Source of the DNA: Ascoidea asiatica JCM 7603
Lineage: Eukaryota; Fungi; Ascomycota
Direction of reading: 5' to 3'
Assembly: GCA_001600695.1 (NCBI GenBank)
Contig: BCKQ01000006.1
Span: forward strand, 589,516 to 653,515
Length of the DNA: 64,000 nt
Shown: piece after piece, positions 11,572 through 27,387 of the stretch
Layout of the letters: each line of letters begins with the position of its first letter
Position numbering within the stretch: position 1 is the first letter of the stretch
Translations under genes and position numbers: made by a program
The notes under the pieces: generated by a model
What the model saw: the letters and a program-made list of their open reading frames with translations, nothing else
Told to the model about the DNA's origin: nothing
The model's database searches: none

Positions 11572-13173
11572 TCAAACACTTTCTTGGTTTGAATCTGCTG
11601 CTTTCATTTCAGATTTTGATGTTTCTCTCATTTCTTTACTTTGATCTTTCATACGTTGATGAGTTTCTTCATATGTACTTGGAATAAATTTTGATGATTG
11701 CCATGCATATTTATATTGATCATACATTATATCAATATCTTCTAAAGTTAAATTCTTTGTTTCATAAACTAAATAAAATGAACAAATTACACATAATAAA
11801 TTACAACCTCCCCAAATGAAATAAACTCTTGTACCTAAATCTGCATTACCTGGTCCAGAATCAATCATATATGGTGTTGCATATGCAATACCAAAATTCC
11901 ATAACCAATTTGATGCTGTTGATAATGCAACTGATTTACCTCTAACTCTTAATGGGAAAAGTTCACCAACTATAACCCAACAAACTGGACCCCAAGTTGC
12001 TGCAAAAAATGCAATAAATATACATGCAAATGCTATTAATGATTTATTTGCAGCATTTGAACTTGTACATTCACCAACAATTGCAATAATAAAATCTGAA
12101 ATACACATTCCAACAGCTCCCCAAATTAATAATGGTCTTCTACCAACAACTTCAATTAAATAAACACCAGGTATAGTCATAACCATATTAACAACATTTG
12201 TAATAACTTGAACAGTGAATGCATTTGTAATACCAACATTACCAAAAAATGTTGTACCATAATAAAATATAAAATTTATACCTGTTAATTGTTGTAAAGC
12301 TTGTAATGAAGTACCAGTAATAATTCTTTTTAATTGAGAATTACCTGTTCTAAATACATCAATCCATGTTGAAGATCCAACAGATTGTTCATAATCAAAA
12401 TTTGCTTTAATTTCATCATATTCATCACATAATTCATTATGATTTATTGGTAATTTTCTAAGTCTTGATAAAGATTCTTTTGCTTTTAATTCTTTATTTT
12501 TAGATATAAAAAATCTTGGAGTTTCTGGTAAAAATAACATTCCAGTACCTAAAATTAAAGACCAAATAAATTGAATTGCAATTGGAATTCTATAACTACC
12601 AGAATCATTTCTATTATGAGTTCCTTGTTCAATACATGCAGCTAAAAATATACCAATAGTTATAGCAAATTGATAAGTTGAAACAATTGCACCACGAACA
12701 CTTTTTGGTACAGTTTCAGCTTGATATAAAGGAATTGTTGCGGATATAAAACCTAAACCTAAACCTGCAATAACTCTACCTGCAGCTAATAAACCAATTG
12801 AACTTGAAGCAGTTTGTAAAATTATACCAAGATTAAAAGTGAAAAAAGCATTAAGAATTATAGTCCATTTACGACCTAAAGTATCAGCAATAAATGGAGC
12901 AGCAAGAGAACCAAAAAAAGTACCAGCAGATAAAATTGAAACAATTAATGAATGTTCAGAAGAAGAAAATTCATTTGGTTTATCTTCTGGAAAATGAGCT
13001 AAAACATATTTCATTGCCATAATTCCAGAAATAGAACCAGTATCATAACCATATAAAATACCACCAAAAGCTGCAAATAAACCAACAAGTACAGAAGGCC
13101 AAACAGCAGCTTCACTTGGTCTTTCTGGAGGTTTATAAAAATAAGACCAATATTTTCTAAAAAATTTATTCAT
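11572..13173 (-). CDS. MFS sugar porter, Snf3/Rgt2-related high-affinity glucose transporter without the long sensor tail
   Basis: GLFAAFGGILYGYDTG, LPETPRF, LQQLTGINFIFYYG, GRRPLL, VYETKNLTLE; only about 60 aa follow the last TM helix. Confidence 0.93.
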   Translation of the reverse strand: MNKFFRKYWSYFYKPPERPSEAAVWPSVLVGLFAAFGGILYGYDTGSISGIMAMKYVLAHFPEDKPNEFSSSEHSLIVSILSAGTFFGSLAAPFIADTLGRKWTIILNAFFTFNLGIILQTASSSIGLLAAGRVIAGLGLGFISATIPLYQAETVPKSVRGAIVSTYQFAITIGIFLAACIEQGTHNRNDSGSYRIPIAIQFIWSLILGTGMLFLPETPRFFISKNKELKAKESLSRLRKLPINHNELCDEYDEIKANFDYEQSVGSSTWIDVFRTGNSQLKRIITGTSLQALQQLTGINFIFYYGTTFFGNVGITNAFTVQVITNVVNMVMTIPGVYLIEVVGRRPLLIWGAVGMCISDFIIAIVGECTSSNAANKSLIAFACIFIAFFAATWGPVCWVIVGELFPLRVRGKSVALSTASNWLWNFGIAYATPYMIDSGPGNADLGTRVYFIWGGCNLLCVICSFYLVYETKNLTLEDIDIMYDQYKYAWQSSKFIPSTYEETHQRMKDQSKEMRETSKSEMKAADSNQESV

Positions 13174-13938
13174 TATAAAATATAATAAAAGATATTGTTG
13201 TATATAATAATTGTTTAAAGTAAAATTTAAGAATATAAAAAGTTTTAAATATAATTTTGTATAATATTATTTAGAATGAATAAAATTTAAATTAAAAGAA
13301 AAGAATAAATGAAAAATAAATGGGTAAAACAAGAGATATTTATAATAAAATTTTTTAATAAGGAATTATAAATATTGAATATAAATTTTGAAATTTTAGT
13401 ATGATAATTTCTTTTAACAATAATAAGAGAGTGAGTGAGTGAGTGAGTGAGTGAGTGAGTGAATAAGAGGGTGAGTAAGAGGGTGAGTGAGCAAATGAAA
13501 GAGAGTAAATCTCTTTTAAAAAAATGTAATAATTCATTGATAAAGAAAAAGGAATAATAATTTCAGTTAAGGAAAACTAAAGATATTCAGTATTGGTATG
13601 TAAATACATTTTTTTTTTTCAAGGGTGTTTTTTTTTCTCCTTAATTTTTTTTTTTTAAATTATTGATTATTTTTGAATTGTGAAATGTGAAATGTGAAAT
13701 GTGAAATGTGAAATGGAATAAAGGATCATTCAAAGGATAAATTTTGATAATGATATAGGAAAAACCTGATTAAAATGATCTAATAGGAATTTAAAGATAC
13801 TAATAAAAAAGTTATTTATTTTTAAAGGGTAATTAGATTAAAACTTAAATGTAAATGTAAATGATAATACAGTACATTTATACAAAAAATGTTTTAAAAA
13901 ATGTTTTAAAAAATGTATAGAAAAAGTATTACTCCATT

Positions 13939-14718
13939 CTGGGGAGCATAATTAGTACATTATTGAGAAAATCTTAAATTTTTTATATTTTTTTATACAT
14001 TTACATGGACATTGATTTTCATTGTATATATGGAGATATATATTATATTATATTATATTATATTATATTAAATGTAATGTGAAATGTAATGTTAATAAAG
14101 TGAGCTCATTCTCCACTTGGCAAAGATATAGTATATAAATTATCGGATAATTTAGGAATAATTTAGGAATAATTTAGGAATAATTTAGGAATAATTTAAA
14201 AAATTGAATGACCAAATTATAGAATATTTAAATTTATTATTATATTAATATTAAAAATTTTAATACTTTTACGGAATATTTATTGAATTAATAAGTATAT
14301 TTTAAATGAATTTTATAAAAATTACCAAGAGATAAAATGAAATTAAAAAAAAAAAAAATTTAAATTCAAAAGGAAAATTCATTAATTTTTCCATATACAG
14401 TATTAAAATTTATACTGTATATACATACATGTATAGTTAAATTTTTAAACCCTTAAAGGATAAATTTCTATATAATATTATTGTAAAGAAAATAAGCCAT
14501 CCCATCCCATCCCCTCAAGATTTGAAAGTTGAAAGAAGAAATTGAAATTTAGATTTTATTAGTTTATTTAAAAAAGTAAATAAATGACAATTTTAGTAAT
14601 TGGATTAAGTATACTATTGTATATTTTAAATTATATTATAATATAATATATAATAATGTATTGTACTTTATTCGGTATGTAATTTAGAGTAATTTATAAG
14701 CTTTGGACATACGGAAAA
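13939..14718. promoter_or_regulatory. Putative Rgt1 and Mig1 sites upstream of the sugar transporter
   Basis: CGGANNA matches: CGGATAA 14144, CGGAATA 14272, CGGAAAA 14712. SYGGRG matches: CTGGGG 13939 and CTCCAC 14111. CGG is rare in this AT-rich region. Confidence 0.5.
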
Positions 14719-15155
14719 ACCCTTTATGAAATTATTAAATCATTTCAATCACGAATACTTGGAGGTTATGTGATATGTAATATGTAAGAAATCAAGGAAA
14801 GTAAAATATGATATGATATTTATAATATTTATAATATTTATAATATTTATAATATTTATAATATTTATAATTTGATATGATGAATATTTCTTCTTATTCT
14901 TGTTAATAAAGTCAAATATTTCACAATCTTCGTCTGTTTGTGAAAGAAGTTTAGAGCAGGAGAGGAGCCAATGTTCTGGCTTCTACCAACTTCACGGATG
15001 GTATGTGCTGCAACGCATTAGTGCAGCAGTGTACATGTTTGAAAATTCAGGACGTGATTCTGGGACGCTCCGTCCTATATCGTGCTGCTCCTTGTCCCGT
15101 GAAAAGCCTTGTTTTGTTTTTGTGATCTCGCGTGGAGTGGCAAAGAGAAATGCGT

Positions 15156-15354
15156 ACATAACTTGGTGTAACTTGGTGGCCAGGCATAACTCGGTGGCAT
15201 AACTCGGTGGCACAACTTGGCGGTGTGGATGGATTCGCCACGGAGTCGTCGCTGCTGGCCGGTCTGGTAGCAAGACGAGCTCTGAGCTCTTTTCGTCTGC
15301 TGGAATCTAGCTGAATCTAGCTGAATGGAGCTGAATGGAGCTGAATGGAGCTGG
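15156..15354. repeat. GC-rich minisatellites in the transporter/YKT6 divergent promoter
   Basis: About 5 degenerate copies of CATAACT(C/T)GGTGG at about 15157-15228, and 5 copies of GCTGAAT(CTA/GGA) at about 15310-15354. Confidence 0.85.
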
Positions 15355-15502
15355 TGCAAGAGAAGCAGAACCAACTGAACCAACTGAAACTGCTCAGATA
15401 CTTCAAAGGCTTAACATCAAACACTCGAGAACATTTCAGTTGATTACTTTATTATTCATTTCTTATTATCTTATTATCTTATCACATAACTTATAAATAA
15501 AA

Positions 15503-16126
15503 ATGAAGATTTATTATATTGGAATATTAAAACCAATTTCTGAAGAAAAATCAGTTGAATTATCAACTTCAAGAGATCTTTCTCAATTTGGTTATTTTGA
15601 AAGATCAACAGTTTCTGAATTTATGACATTTATGGCAAGTACTGCAACTTCAAGAACAACACCAGGTCAAAGACAATCAATTCAAGAAAAAAATTATGTT
15701 GGTCATGTTTATTTAAGATCTGAAGGTTTAGCTGGAGTTTTAATTACTGATAAAGAATATCCAATACGTCCAGCTTATACATTATTAAATAAAATTTTAG
15801 ATGAATATTTAATTTCTCATCCTCCAATTCAATGGAAAAATATCAAAAATTTAAATGATGTTAATAATAATTTAAATAATTTAAATTTTCAAAATTTAAA
15901 TAATTATTTAAAAAAATATCAAGATCCAAGTCAAGCTGATTCTATAATGAAAGTTCAACAAGAATTAGATGAAACTAAAGTTGTTTTACATAAAACTATT
16001 GAAGGTATTCTTAGAAGAGGTGAAAATTTAGATTCTTTATTAAGTAAATCTGATGATTTAAGTCAAACTTCTGCTTTATTTTATAAACAAGCTAAAAAGA
16101 CAAATTCATGTTGTTTAATTATGTAA
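15503..16126 (+). CDS. YKT6: Prenylated R-SNARE Ykt6
   Basis: Longin domain ([27 protein letters not shown]), SNARE motif QQELDETK, C-terminal CCLIM. Confidence 0.98.
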   Translation: MKIYYIGILKPISEEKSVELSTSRDLSQFGYFERSTVSEFMTFMASTATSRTTPGQRQSIQEKNYVGHVYLRSEGLAGVLITDKEYPIRPAYTLLNKILDEYLISHPPIQWKNIKNLNDVNNNLNNLNFQNLNNYLKKYQDPSQADSIMKVQQELDETKVVLHKTIEGILRRGENLDSLLSKSDDLSQTSALFYKQAKKTNSCCLIM

Positions 16127-16495
16127 TCATTCTCTACTTATTCTCCATCTCTTACTAATCTTCTTCTTTTCTTTTTTAATCTTCATATATAGTCTCAATA
16201 AATTCATTCAATTTCAATTTCATTTCCATTTTAAAAATTCAAAAAAATGTCACGCTTACGTAATCACAAAAGTTCAAATTTTTTATTTTTTTTAAAGACT
16301 GAACTAAAATAAATAATATCAATTTAACCATAATTATTATTTTATTATTCTTTTATTATATATATCATTGAATAAATAAATGATATTATTATAATATTAT
16401 CAATTCACTTATTACATTCTAATATATATATAAATATATATATATACATTCTCTTTGCTATTCAATTAATTTAATTTAATTTAATATAATATATA

Positions 16496-18340
16496 ATGAG
16501 TTTCAGAGGAAATAGAAGTGGAAATAATAATTATAATAATAACTATAATCGAAATAATTACAATAACAATAACAATAACAATAATAATAATAATAATAAT
16601 AATAATACACAGAATTCAGTTTTTGTAGAAATTAGAAATTGGACAAATTCAACAAAAGATGATTTAGTAAATTTTATTTCAAGAAAATGTAAAGTTTATT
16701 TACAAAATGTTATTGTTAATGGTGATATTATTAATGCTTCTGTTTCAAATAAAAATCAAGCTGATATTTTAAGAAGTTGGAATAATGTAAGATTTGCTAA
16801 AAAAGAATTACAATTCACTATTCTAAATTCAAATATATCTAATAGTTCTAATAATTTACTTTTAAATAATAATATTCAAACAAATAAAAAAGATGCAATT
16901 CCATTATTAACTGATTTTTTAAAAAGAAGATTTGATATTAATACAAATTTCTTAAATCTTTCAAATATGTCAAGTGATCAATCTTTGATTGAAAATGGTT
17001 TATTCTCTTCAATCTCAACTTCTTCAAAATTTTTTCCTGCTTTAATGAAATTAGCTTCAATTAATCAAATTTTTAAAAATACTCAATCTATAGATTTATC
17101 AAATAATAATTTAAATGATTGTGATTCAATTACAACTCTTTCTCAAACTTTTCCATTAATTAAAAATTTATCTTTATCAAATAATAATTTTAAATATTCA
17201 AAAAATTTTGAAAAATTTAAAAATAAATTTAATAATTTAAAAATTTTATTATTATTAAATAATCCAATAATTCAATTTGAAAAAAATTATAAATTTAATT
17301 TATTAAAAATTTTTTCAAAATTAATTATTTTAGATAATGAAACTATAAGAGATGAAGAAAAATTAAAAGAAATTTATTCATTTCCATTATTAAAAAAAAA
17401 TTTATTCTTTGAAGATCAAAATATACAATCTTTATCAACAAATTTTATTTCTAATTTTATTAATTTTTGGGATAATAATAGAAATAATTTAATGCCATTA
17501 TATTCTGAACATTCTCAATTTTCTTTATCAATTGATTCAATTGCTTCTCATATTCAAAAATTAGATTCAAATTCTTCTTTTTCAAAAGATTTAAATAATC
17601 AACCTTGGGGTTATTATTTACCAATTTCAAGAAATTTAACTTTAATAACTTCTGATCAAATTAAAGATTCAAGATTAGCAAAAGGTCAAGAAGAAATTTT
17701 AAAATTTTTTAAAAATATACCAAAATCAAAACATGATTTAATTAATAATCCAAATAAATATTCAATAGATTCTTGGAAAATAAATGAAAATGCAATTTCA
17801 ATAATTCTTCATGGTGAATTTAATGAAATTCAACCTCCAGAAATTATAGCTCAAACTCCTATTTCTCAAAATAAAAGTCATCGTCGTTATCAAACTAATA
17901 ATGTTTCAAATAAAAATTCTTTATCAACAAGATCTTTTGATAGAGCTTGGGTTATAGTTCCAGGTCCAAATGGTTCTTTATTAATTGCATCTGATTTATT
18001 ATCTTTAAGACCATATTCTGGTTTTAAAGCTTTTGAAGAATTAAAAGAAGAAAATATTATTACTCAACCTATTATATCTACACCTTCAATTATAGGTAAT
18101 AATAATAATAATATTAATAATCCTCAAATAAATTCAAATCCATCAATAATTATTCCTCCAGAAGTTGCTTCTAAATTAACTCCATTACAACAAGAAGTTT
18201 TAATAAGATTAATGGCTGAAACAAAATTAAATTTAAATTATGCTGGTAATTTAGGTGAAGCTAGTAATTGGAATTATAATGATGCACTTGCTGTTTTTAC
18301 ACAAAATAAACCTAATCTTCCTACTGATGCTTTTATATAA
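16496..18340 (+). CDS. MEX67: mRNA export factor Mex67
   Basis: LRR (FFPALMKLA, IDLSNNNL, LSLSNNNF), NTF2-like domain (YLPISRNL, RSFDRAWVIVPG...IASDLL), TAP-C (ETKLNLNYA...WNY). Confidence 0.95.
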   Translation: MSFRGNRSGNNNYNNNYNRNNYNNNNNNNNNNNNNNNTQNSVFVEIRNWTNSTKDDLVNFISRKCKVYLQNVIVNGDIINASVSNKNQADILRSWNNVRFAKKELQFTILNSNISNSSNNLLLNNNIQTNKKDAIPLLTDFLKRRFDINTNFLNLSNMSSDQSLIENGLFSSISTSSKFFPALMKLASINQIFKNTQSIDLSNNNLNDCDSITTLSQTFPLIKNLSLSNNNFKYSKNFEKFKNKFNNLKILLLLNNPIIQFEKNYKFNLLKIFSKLIILDNETIRDEEKLKEIYSFPLLKKNLFFEDQNIQSLSTNFISNFINFWDNNRNNLMPLYSEHSQFSLSIDSIASHIQKLDSNSSFSKDLNNQPWGYYLPISRNLTLITSDQIKDSRLAKGQEEILKFFKNIPKSKHDLINNPNKYSIDSWKINENAISIILHGEFNEIQPPEIIAQTPISQNKSHRRYQTNNVSNKNSLSTRSFDRAWVIVPGPNGSLLIASDLLSLRPYSGFKAFEELKEENIITQPIISTPSIIGNNNNNINNPQINSNPSIIIPPEVASKLTPLQQEVLIRLMAETKLNLNYAGNLGEASNWNYNDALAVFTQNKPNLPTDAFI

Positions 18341-18916
18341 TTCAAAAACCATTCTCAAAAGTTTATTTGCTTTTATTTCAATCCTTCATTTCAACCATTT
18401 TATAAACTTTTTATGTTTTTTCTTTGTTAAAATGTGATTTTTAATTATAAATAATGGATGTATAACAAAATTTTTTTTTTTCATGAATGAATATATTCTT
18501 CTATCTTAGAATACAGAATAATATTCAAATTTTCAAAGCATCTTACAAAATTAAGTAAAAAGTATATAAATACATAAGTATATATTAAAAAAAATGTACC
18601 ATCTAAACTAGTTATAAAAAATTTAATCTCGTCTTTTTTTGTTTTTATTTACCACTCTCTGGTAACTTACACTAAAACCTATTGAAAACGTAAAGGAAGA
18701 TTGTAAAATTCAAATCTATAAATTTAAAGTGTGAAAGAATATTCAAAGAAGCTATAAGATATTATAATATATAAAAAGAGCTTTATCAAAATGAAATGAA
18801 AATAATTGACAAAAACTAAAACTAAAACTACACCACGACAACAAAGGAAGAAAATACAAAGTGACAGAAGCAAAATGTGATAAAGAGCGAAAAAAAAACA
18901 GATTTAATTAAGTTAA

Positions 18917-21545
<2,629 letters not shown>

Positions 21546-21874
21546 TTATTTATTTATTTATCTATTTATTAATTAACTAATTGATTAATTAATTGATGGA
21601 TTATAATATATTAATTTTCTTTTAAAATCTATTTTATGTTAATAATATAATAATTATATATTTATAATTATAAAATTTTAATAAAAAATAAAAATAAAAG
21701 TGGAAAACGCGCTGCTTTTAAATTAAAAATATTTGTTAACGGTAAGAAAATTCGTTAAAATTTTAAATAAAAAAAAAAAAATTTTTTTTATTCTAATCAC
21801 GGGATCAGAATAAAAAAAACAGTAAAAAAACAGTAAAAAAACAGAAAAAGAAAGAAAAAAAAGGAAAAGCGAGG

Positions 21875-21882
21875 CCGGGTAA
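21875..21882 (-). promoter_or_regulatory. Reb1-type site upstream of DBP2
   Basis: CCGGGTAA (TTACCCGG on the minus strand) beside poly(dA) tracts. Confidence 0.5.
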
Positions 21883-22049
21883 GTAGCCGAAATAAGAAAA
21901 TTTAAAATTCGAGATGAAATTTTGTATGTGAAATGAATTAATTGATTAATTAAATAGATAGTGTATATAATATTATATTATATTATTAATATTGTAAGAG
22001 ATGTGATACATATGTGAGGTAAGAGAGAAAATAAGAGGATAAATATAAA

Positions 22050-22571
22050 TTATTTTGAAATTTTAGATATAAAAGTTTCTTGAACATGATCACATAAATC
22101 TACTAAATCATCTAAACCTTTATGTAAAGCATCAATTGCAGTTAAATTACCAAAAGTTTGAATTCTTATATTTAATTTTGGTTCAGAAGGATGTGGAATT
22201 GAATAACCACAAAATTCAACTTGTGGATTTTTCATAATTATATATCTTAATGGATTACCTAAAGTATGATCTTCATCTAAAATTTGAAAAGAAGCTGCAA
22301 AACCATCTTCAGTACTACCTGGAAGTAATTTTATTTTTTCATGATTGAGTTCTTCTTCTTCTTCTTCTTCATCGTCATCATCATCATCATCATCTTCTTC
22401 TTCTTCTTCGTCATTGTCTTCTTCTATTTCTTGATTTTTCGTTTGATCTTCGTTGATGTCTGGACTTAGTTTGCTTGGAGTTTCCGATGGAGAGTCAGAC
22501 TGCTGCTGTTCAGTCATTGCAACATCCGAATCTTCATCTTTGGATGTTATTATTGATTTATTACTAGACAT
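22050..22571 (-). CDS. RPC19: RNA polymerase I/III shared subunit AC19
   Basis: EDHTLGNPLRYIIMKNPQVEFCGYSIPHPSE; PAC-like GCTCATC at 22608 just upstream. Confidence 0.97.
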   Translation of the reverse strand: MSSNKSIITSKDEDSDVAMTEQQQSDSPSETPSKLSPDINEDQTKNQEIEEDNDEEEEEDDDDDDDDEEEEEEELNHEKIKLLPGSTEDGFAASFQILDEDHTLGNPLRYIIMKNPQVEFCGYSIPHPSEPKLNIRIQTFGNLTAIDALHKGLDDLVDLCDHVQETFISKISK

Positions 22572-23160
22572 TTGTATTAGCAGCTATTATTATACAGTGG
22601 ACACTCAGCTCATCTACCATCTAGCACCTACCATTCAAGATAATTGGTTCTTCATCATCTTCACTCTCTCCCTGACATGCACCGAGAACAGACCAAATCC
22701 AAATCCAAATCCAAAACATGAAAACCATGAAAAATAAAATTAAAATTTGAATTCCTTCTACACGTGCCTCTCTGAGACCACCTGGGTGGCCCCTGTCCCT
22801 ACTGAACAGAGTGGCAGTTGCTGTCTTGATGAGTACGTAATCAACGACGTAACGTAATAAACAAGAATATAAAATAGGATATCAACAGAATATATGAAAT
22901 AGAATAAAGAATATTATTGTATATCAAATAACTATCAAATAACTATCAAATATAAAATATAGAATATAAAATATAAAGTATGAAATAATATCCAATTCAT
23001 AATCAATCATATATAATCCAAACTGATTAATGTTCTTCAATATCTATTATTTATTCAAAAGTAATTGGTAAATGTTTTAATTCTATTCAATAATATCCTA
23101 ATTACTCAATAATCAACGCTTAATATCAAATATCAAATAACAAATAACAAATAAATCAAA

Positions 23161-23723
23161 ATGACAGAAATTTTATCAACTTTAAAAGATATAGATTTCT
23201 CAGATAATGATAAAACAAATCAACTTATAGATCATTTATCTTTCAAAATTGATGAAATTAATAAAAATTTATCAAATTTAGATCAATCTCAAATCAATGA
23301 TAATCAAAATGATATAGATATAGATATAGATATAGATATGGATATGAATATGGATATGGATATGGATATGGATATAGATTCAAATTCAATACAATCTCTT
23401 AAACCAATTTCAAATCAAATATCTAGAAAAATATCAAATAATAGTTTAAATTCCATCAATGATTCCAATTCCAATATTAATATTAATATTAATAACAATA
23501 TTAATGATGAAACTTTTAATAAATATAAAATAATTTTATTTAATAAAATTTTATTCATAAATAATTTAATTAAAGAAACAAATTTAACAATTTTAAATAA
23601 TTATTTTGAATTAGATTCAATTTTTTATAATTTAAATAAATTAAATTTAAAAATCTTAGATTTTAAAGATTCAATATTAAATTATCAATTAATCTTACAA
23701 AATTCTAATTCTAATTCTAATTC

Positions 23724-23781
<58 letters not shown>

Positions 23782-23937
23782 TCTACAAATAATTCTACAA
23801 ATAATTCAATTATAGATTTTGATATTGAAATTCCTGGAAGTTTCTTAGATGCATTTCCTTCAAAAAAATCAATAAATTCAATTAAAAAAGTTTTATCAAA
23901 TTCAAATTTATTAATTCAACCTCCTCTAATATATTCA

Positions 23938-23975
<38 letters not shown>

Positions 23976-26730
23976 AATTGATAAACTTAATATAATTAAT
24001 GATTTAAAATTTTTAAATATTTTAAATTTCTTTAATTCTTATTATAAAAAATTATCATTCTCTTCAAATAAAATTATATCTAAATTATTTAATAATTTTA
24101 TAAATTTAAAAAATCAAATTCAAATCACTTTCTCAATTTATAATAATGATAATGATAATATATTAAATATTAATGATTTCTTATCAATTTTAAATCAAAA
24201 TTTATTAAATAATAATAATAATTTAACTACAAATAAAAATAATTTCTCAAATAATTTCTCAAATAATTTCTCAAATTATTTCATTAATTCTTTAAATTTA
24301 TTCATAAAAAAAAATCATATATTCATAAAAAATATTTCTAAAAATTTTAAAAATTTAAATAAAATTTATTTATTAAATTTTAATTTTAAAAATAATTCAA
24401 ATAATTTAATTTTAAATTTAATTAAATTAAATTCAAAAAAAATTTTAAATTTTAAAAAAATTTCAAATTTTAATAATAATTTCTCATTCTTAATTCAAAT
24501 TTTTTCATTATTTAATTATTTAAAATTTTTTATAAATTTACCAAATTTTTTAAAAAAAAAATTATTATCAAATTCAAATTTAAATTTCTTAAATAATTTA
24601 AAAAAAATTATTAATTTAAATTTATATTTAAAATTAATTCAATATTTTAAAATTTCTTCAATTCAAGATAATAATATTATTAATAATAATTTTATAAATC
24701 AAAAAAATTTTGATATTAATAAAGAAAATAAAATTAAAACTGATATAATAATTTTAATAAAAATTATTTATTTAATTATTCAATTAAAATTATTAAATAA
24801 AAATGATTATAATTTTTTAAATTTTTATTATATTAATATTAAACATAATTTCTCAACTTCAAATTCAATTCAACAATTTTCTCCAATTTCTTCAAATTCT
24901 TCAATTTCAAAATCTTCTTCTGAATCTATTCAATCAAATCTTGATAATATTCAAAAATTTATTCAAAGTATTGAAGATTTATTTTATAATAATTATCCAA
25001 TACTTTCTAATATTTCTCAATTTTATTCAAATGATGATAATGATGATAATGATGATAATGAAGATAATAAAGAAAATTTAAATTCAAATTTTGATATTCA
25101 ATTAGAATCTGAAAATTCTAAATATAATGATCAAAAATTATTAATTATTGGTTCTCATGATTTAAAATTATGGCAAACTAATTCAAATAATTTAATAAAT
25201 TCGTTTTTAATTGATAAAATTTTAATTAATAAAGCTAATGAACTTAAAAATTATATAATTTCAATTGAATCAAATTTTGAAAATATTTTATCTGAAGAAA
25301 ATTTAATTCTTAGAAATAATATCGATAATAATAATAATAATAATAACAATAATAATAATAATATTAATAATATTTATAATACTAATAATTCTAATAATAA
25401 TTCACCAAATGATTTAATTAAAAATAATGATAATAAAAAAAATTATAAAGATAAACTGCATTCAAGTTCAAAATTTAAAAAAACTCATAATAAATTTCAA
25501 TCTTATAATGAAAATGCTTTAAATGCTTTAATTAGTGGTTCTTCTTCAACTTTAAATTTACCTGATCAAACAACTGTTGATAATAATAATAATAATAATG
25601 ATATAAAATCTCAAAATAATTTTTCAAGTTTTGGTTCTATGTCAGGTAGTAATTCTACTTTTTCAAATCTGAAATCATTAAAAGAAACTGGTTTACAACC
25701 TCCTTTAACAGCAAAATCATCACTTAATTTAAGTCCACTGAATGAAAAATTTTTAAATGATGATCAACTACGTATTTCAAGAAGATTATCTAAAAGAATG
25801 TCAAAAGATATTCATTCTCATAAACGTATGCCTTCAAGATTATCAAAAAGAATGAGTAGAAGATTATCTAAAAGATTTTCTGTTCAAAATGATGAAAATG
25901 ATTGGAAATGGGATAATTTAGATACTTGGATTGATGATGAAAATATTGATATTGGAGATTTAGCTGATGATGATGGTTGGGCTAGTGAAATTGATTTAAA
26001 TTTAGATCTTGATGATGATCAAAATAATAATATTAATGATAATGATTTAAATAATAAAGAAGTTAATAATATTAATAATATTAATAATGATAATGATATA
26101 AATAATAAAGAAATTATGAAAAATAAAAGAATGAGTAGGCTTGGACCATCATTTGGACATTCAAGATCAAAATCTATTAAATCTTTAAGAAATTCTACAT
26201 TTGCATCAGATGATTTTGATGATAATATGTCAATAAATACAGGTGATATGAGTGATTGGGGTTGGGGTGAAGATATAGAAGAAGAAGATGAAATTCCAGT
26301 AACATTTGATGAAACTGAATCTGTTAAAAGTTTTAAAAATAAATCAAAAGAAATTGAAAATAATAATATTATTGAAGAAAATAATTCAAAAGATTTAAAT
26401 AAAATAAATTTGGATTCTTATAAATGTTCAATAATTCCAGATAAAATATTTAATATTTTAGATTCATATATTAATTATTTTCAAAAATATAAGATTTTGA
26501 ATAGTTTTAATAAAAATCTAATAGTGAGTAAAGCTTATGAACTTTTAGATTTATTTAATTTATTAATACTTCCATATTATGATTCAAAAGTTCTTTATTA
26601 TAATGATATTTATTATTTAAATAGTATGGTTAAAAATTTACTTAATTTAACAATAGAACCAGATTCTTCAAAAAGAAGTTCAAATTTATCAAATCGATCA
26701 TCAAATCGTTCATCATATTCTTCAATTTCA

Positions 26731-26773
<43 letters not shown>

Positions 26774-27387
26774 GTATTGATTTCAATAGTCTTGAAGAAT
26801 CGGTTAATTCATTATTACAAAATATTAAACTTGAAGAAGAAAAATCATTATTTAAAATTTATTATAAATTTAATTCATTTAAAAATTTAAGTGATATAAA
26901 ATCATCAAATTTAATTTTAAGTCAACTTGAATTTAAATTCAAAGAAATTTTTAATGATTTTAAAGGATTTTCAATTAATTTAAGAAATAATTTATTAAAA
27001 GAATTAATGAATATGTTTTATTATAAAATTATTCAAGATATTCTTTTAAAAAATTCAATAAGTGAAATGGAATGTGAAGAATTAACAAAAATTATTGATA
27101 CATGTTTAAGTTTTATAGAAATTTATACATCATTTTGTTTAAATGATATTGATAATTTAAAAGAATTTAAAATGCAAGTTATAAATTTTGGTAAATTAGA
27201 AAAATTTTCATTTATAATATCAAGTCATTTAGATATAATTATGGAAAATTTTTATAATGGAGAATTTTTTAATGTTGAAACAAATGAATTAATTCATTTA
27301 ATTCTGTCAATATTTAGTAATAGTGAAATGAGAAGACATGCAATTGCAGAAATAGAAGATATACGAAATGTTGAGATTGAAAATTAA
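23161..27387 (+). CDS. DSL1: ER retrograde tethering subunit Dsl1 (ZW10 family), expanded by Asn-rich inserts
   Basis: Acidic Trp lasso (DWKWD, DDGW, DWGWGED) and C-terminal HLDIIMENFYNGEF...TNELIHLI..IFSNSEMRRHAIAEIEDIR. Confidence 0.82.

Noticed and set aside
15156-15228. Interstitial telomere repeat or telomerase template
   Set aside because: Copies are degenerate and the species' telomere motif is unknown; similar slippage repeats are common in this window.
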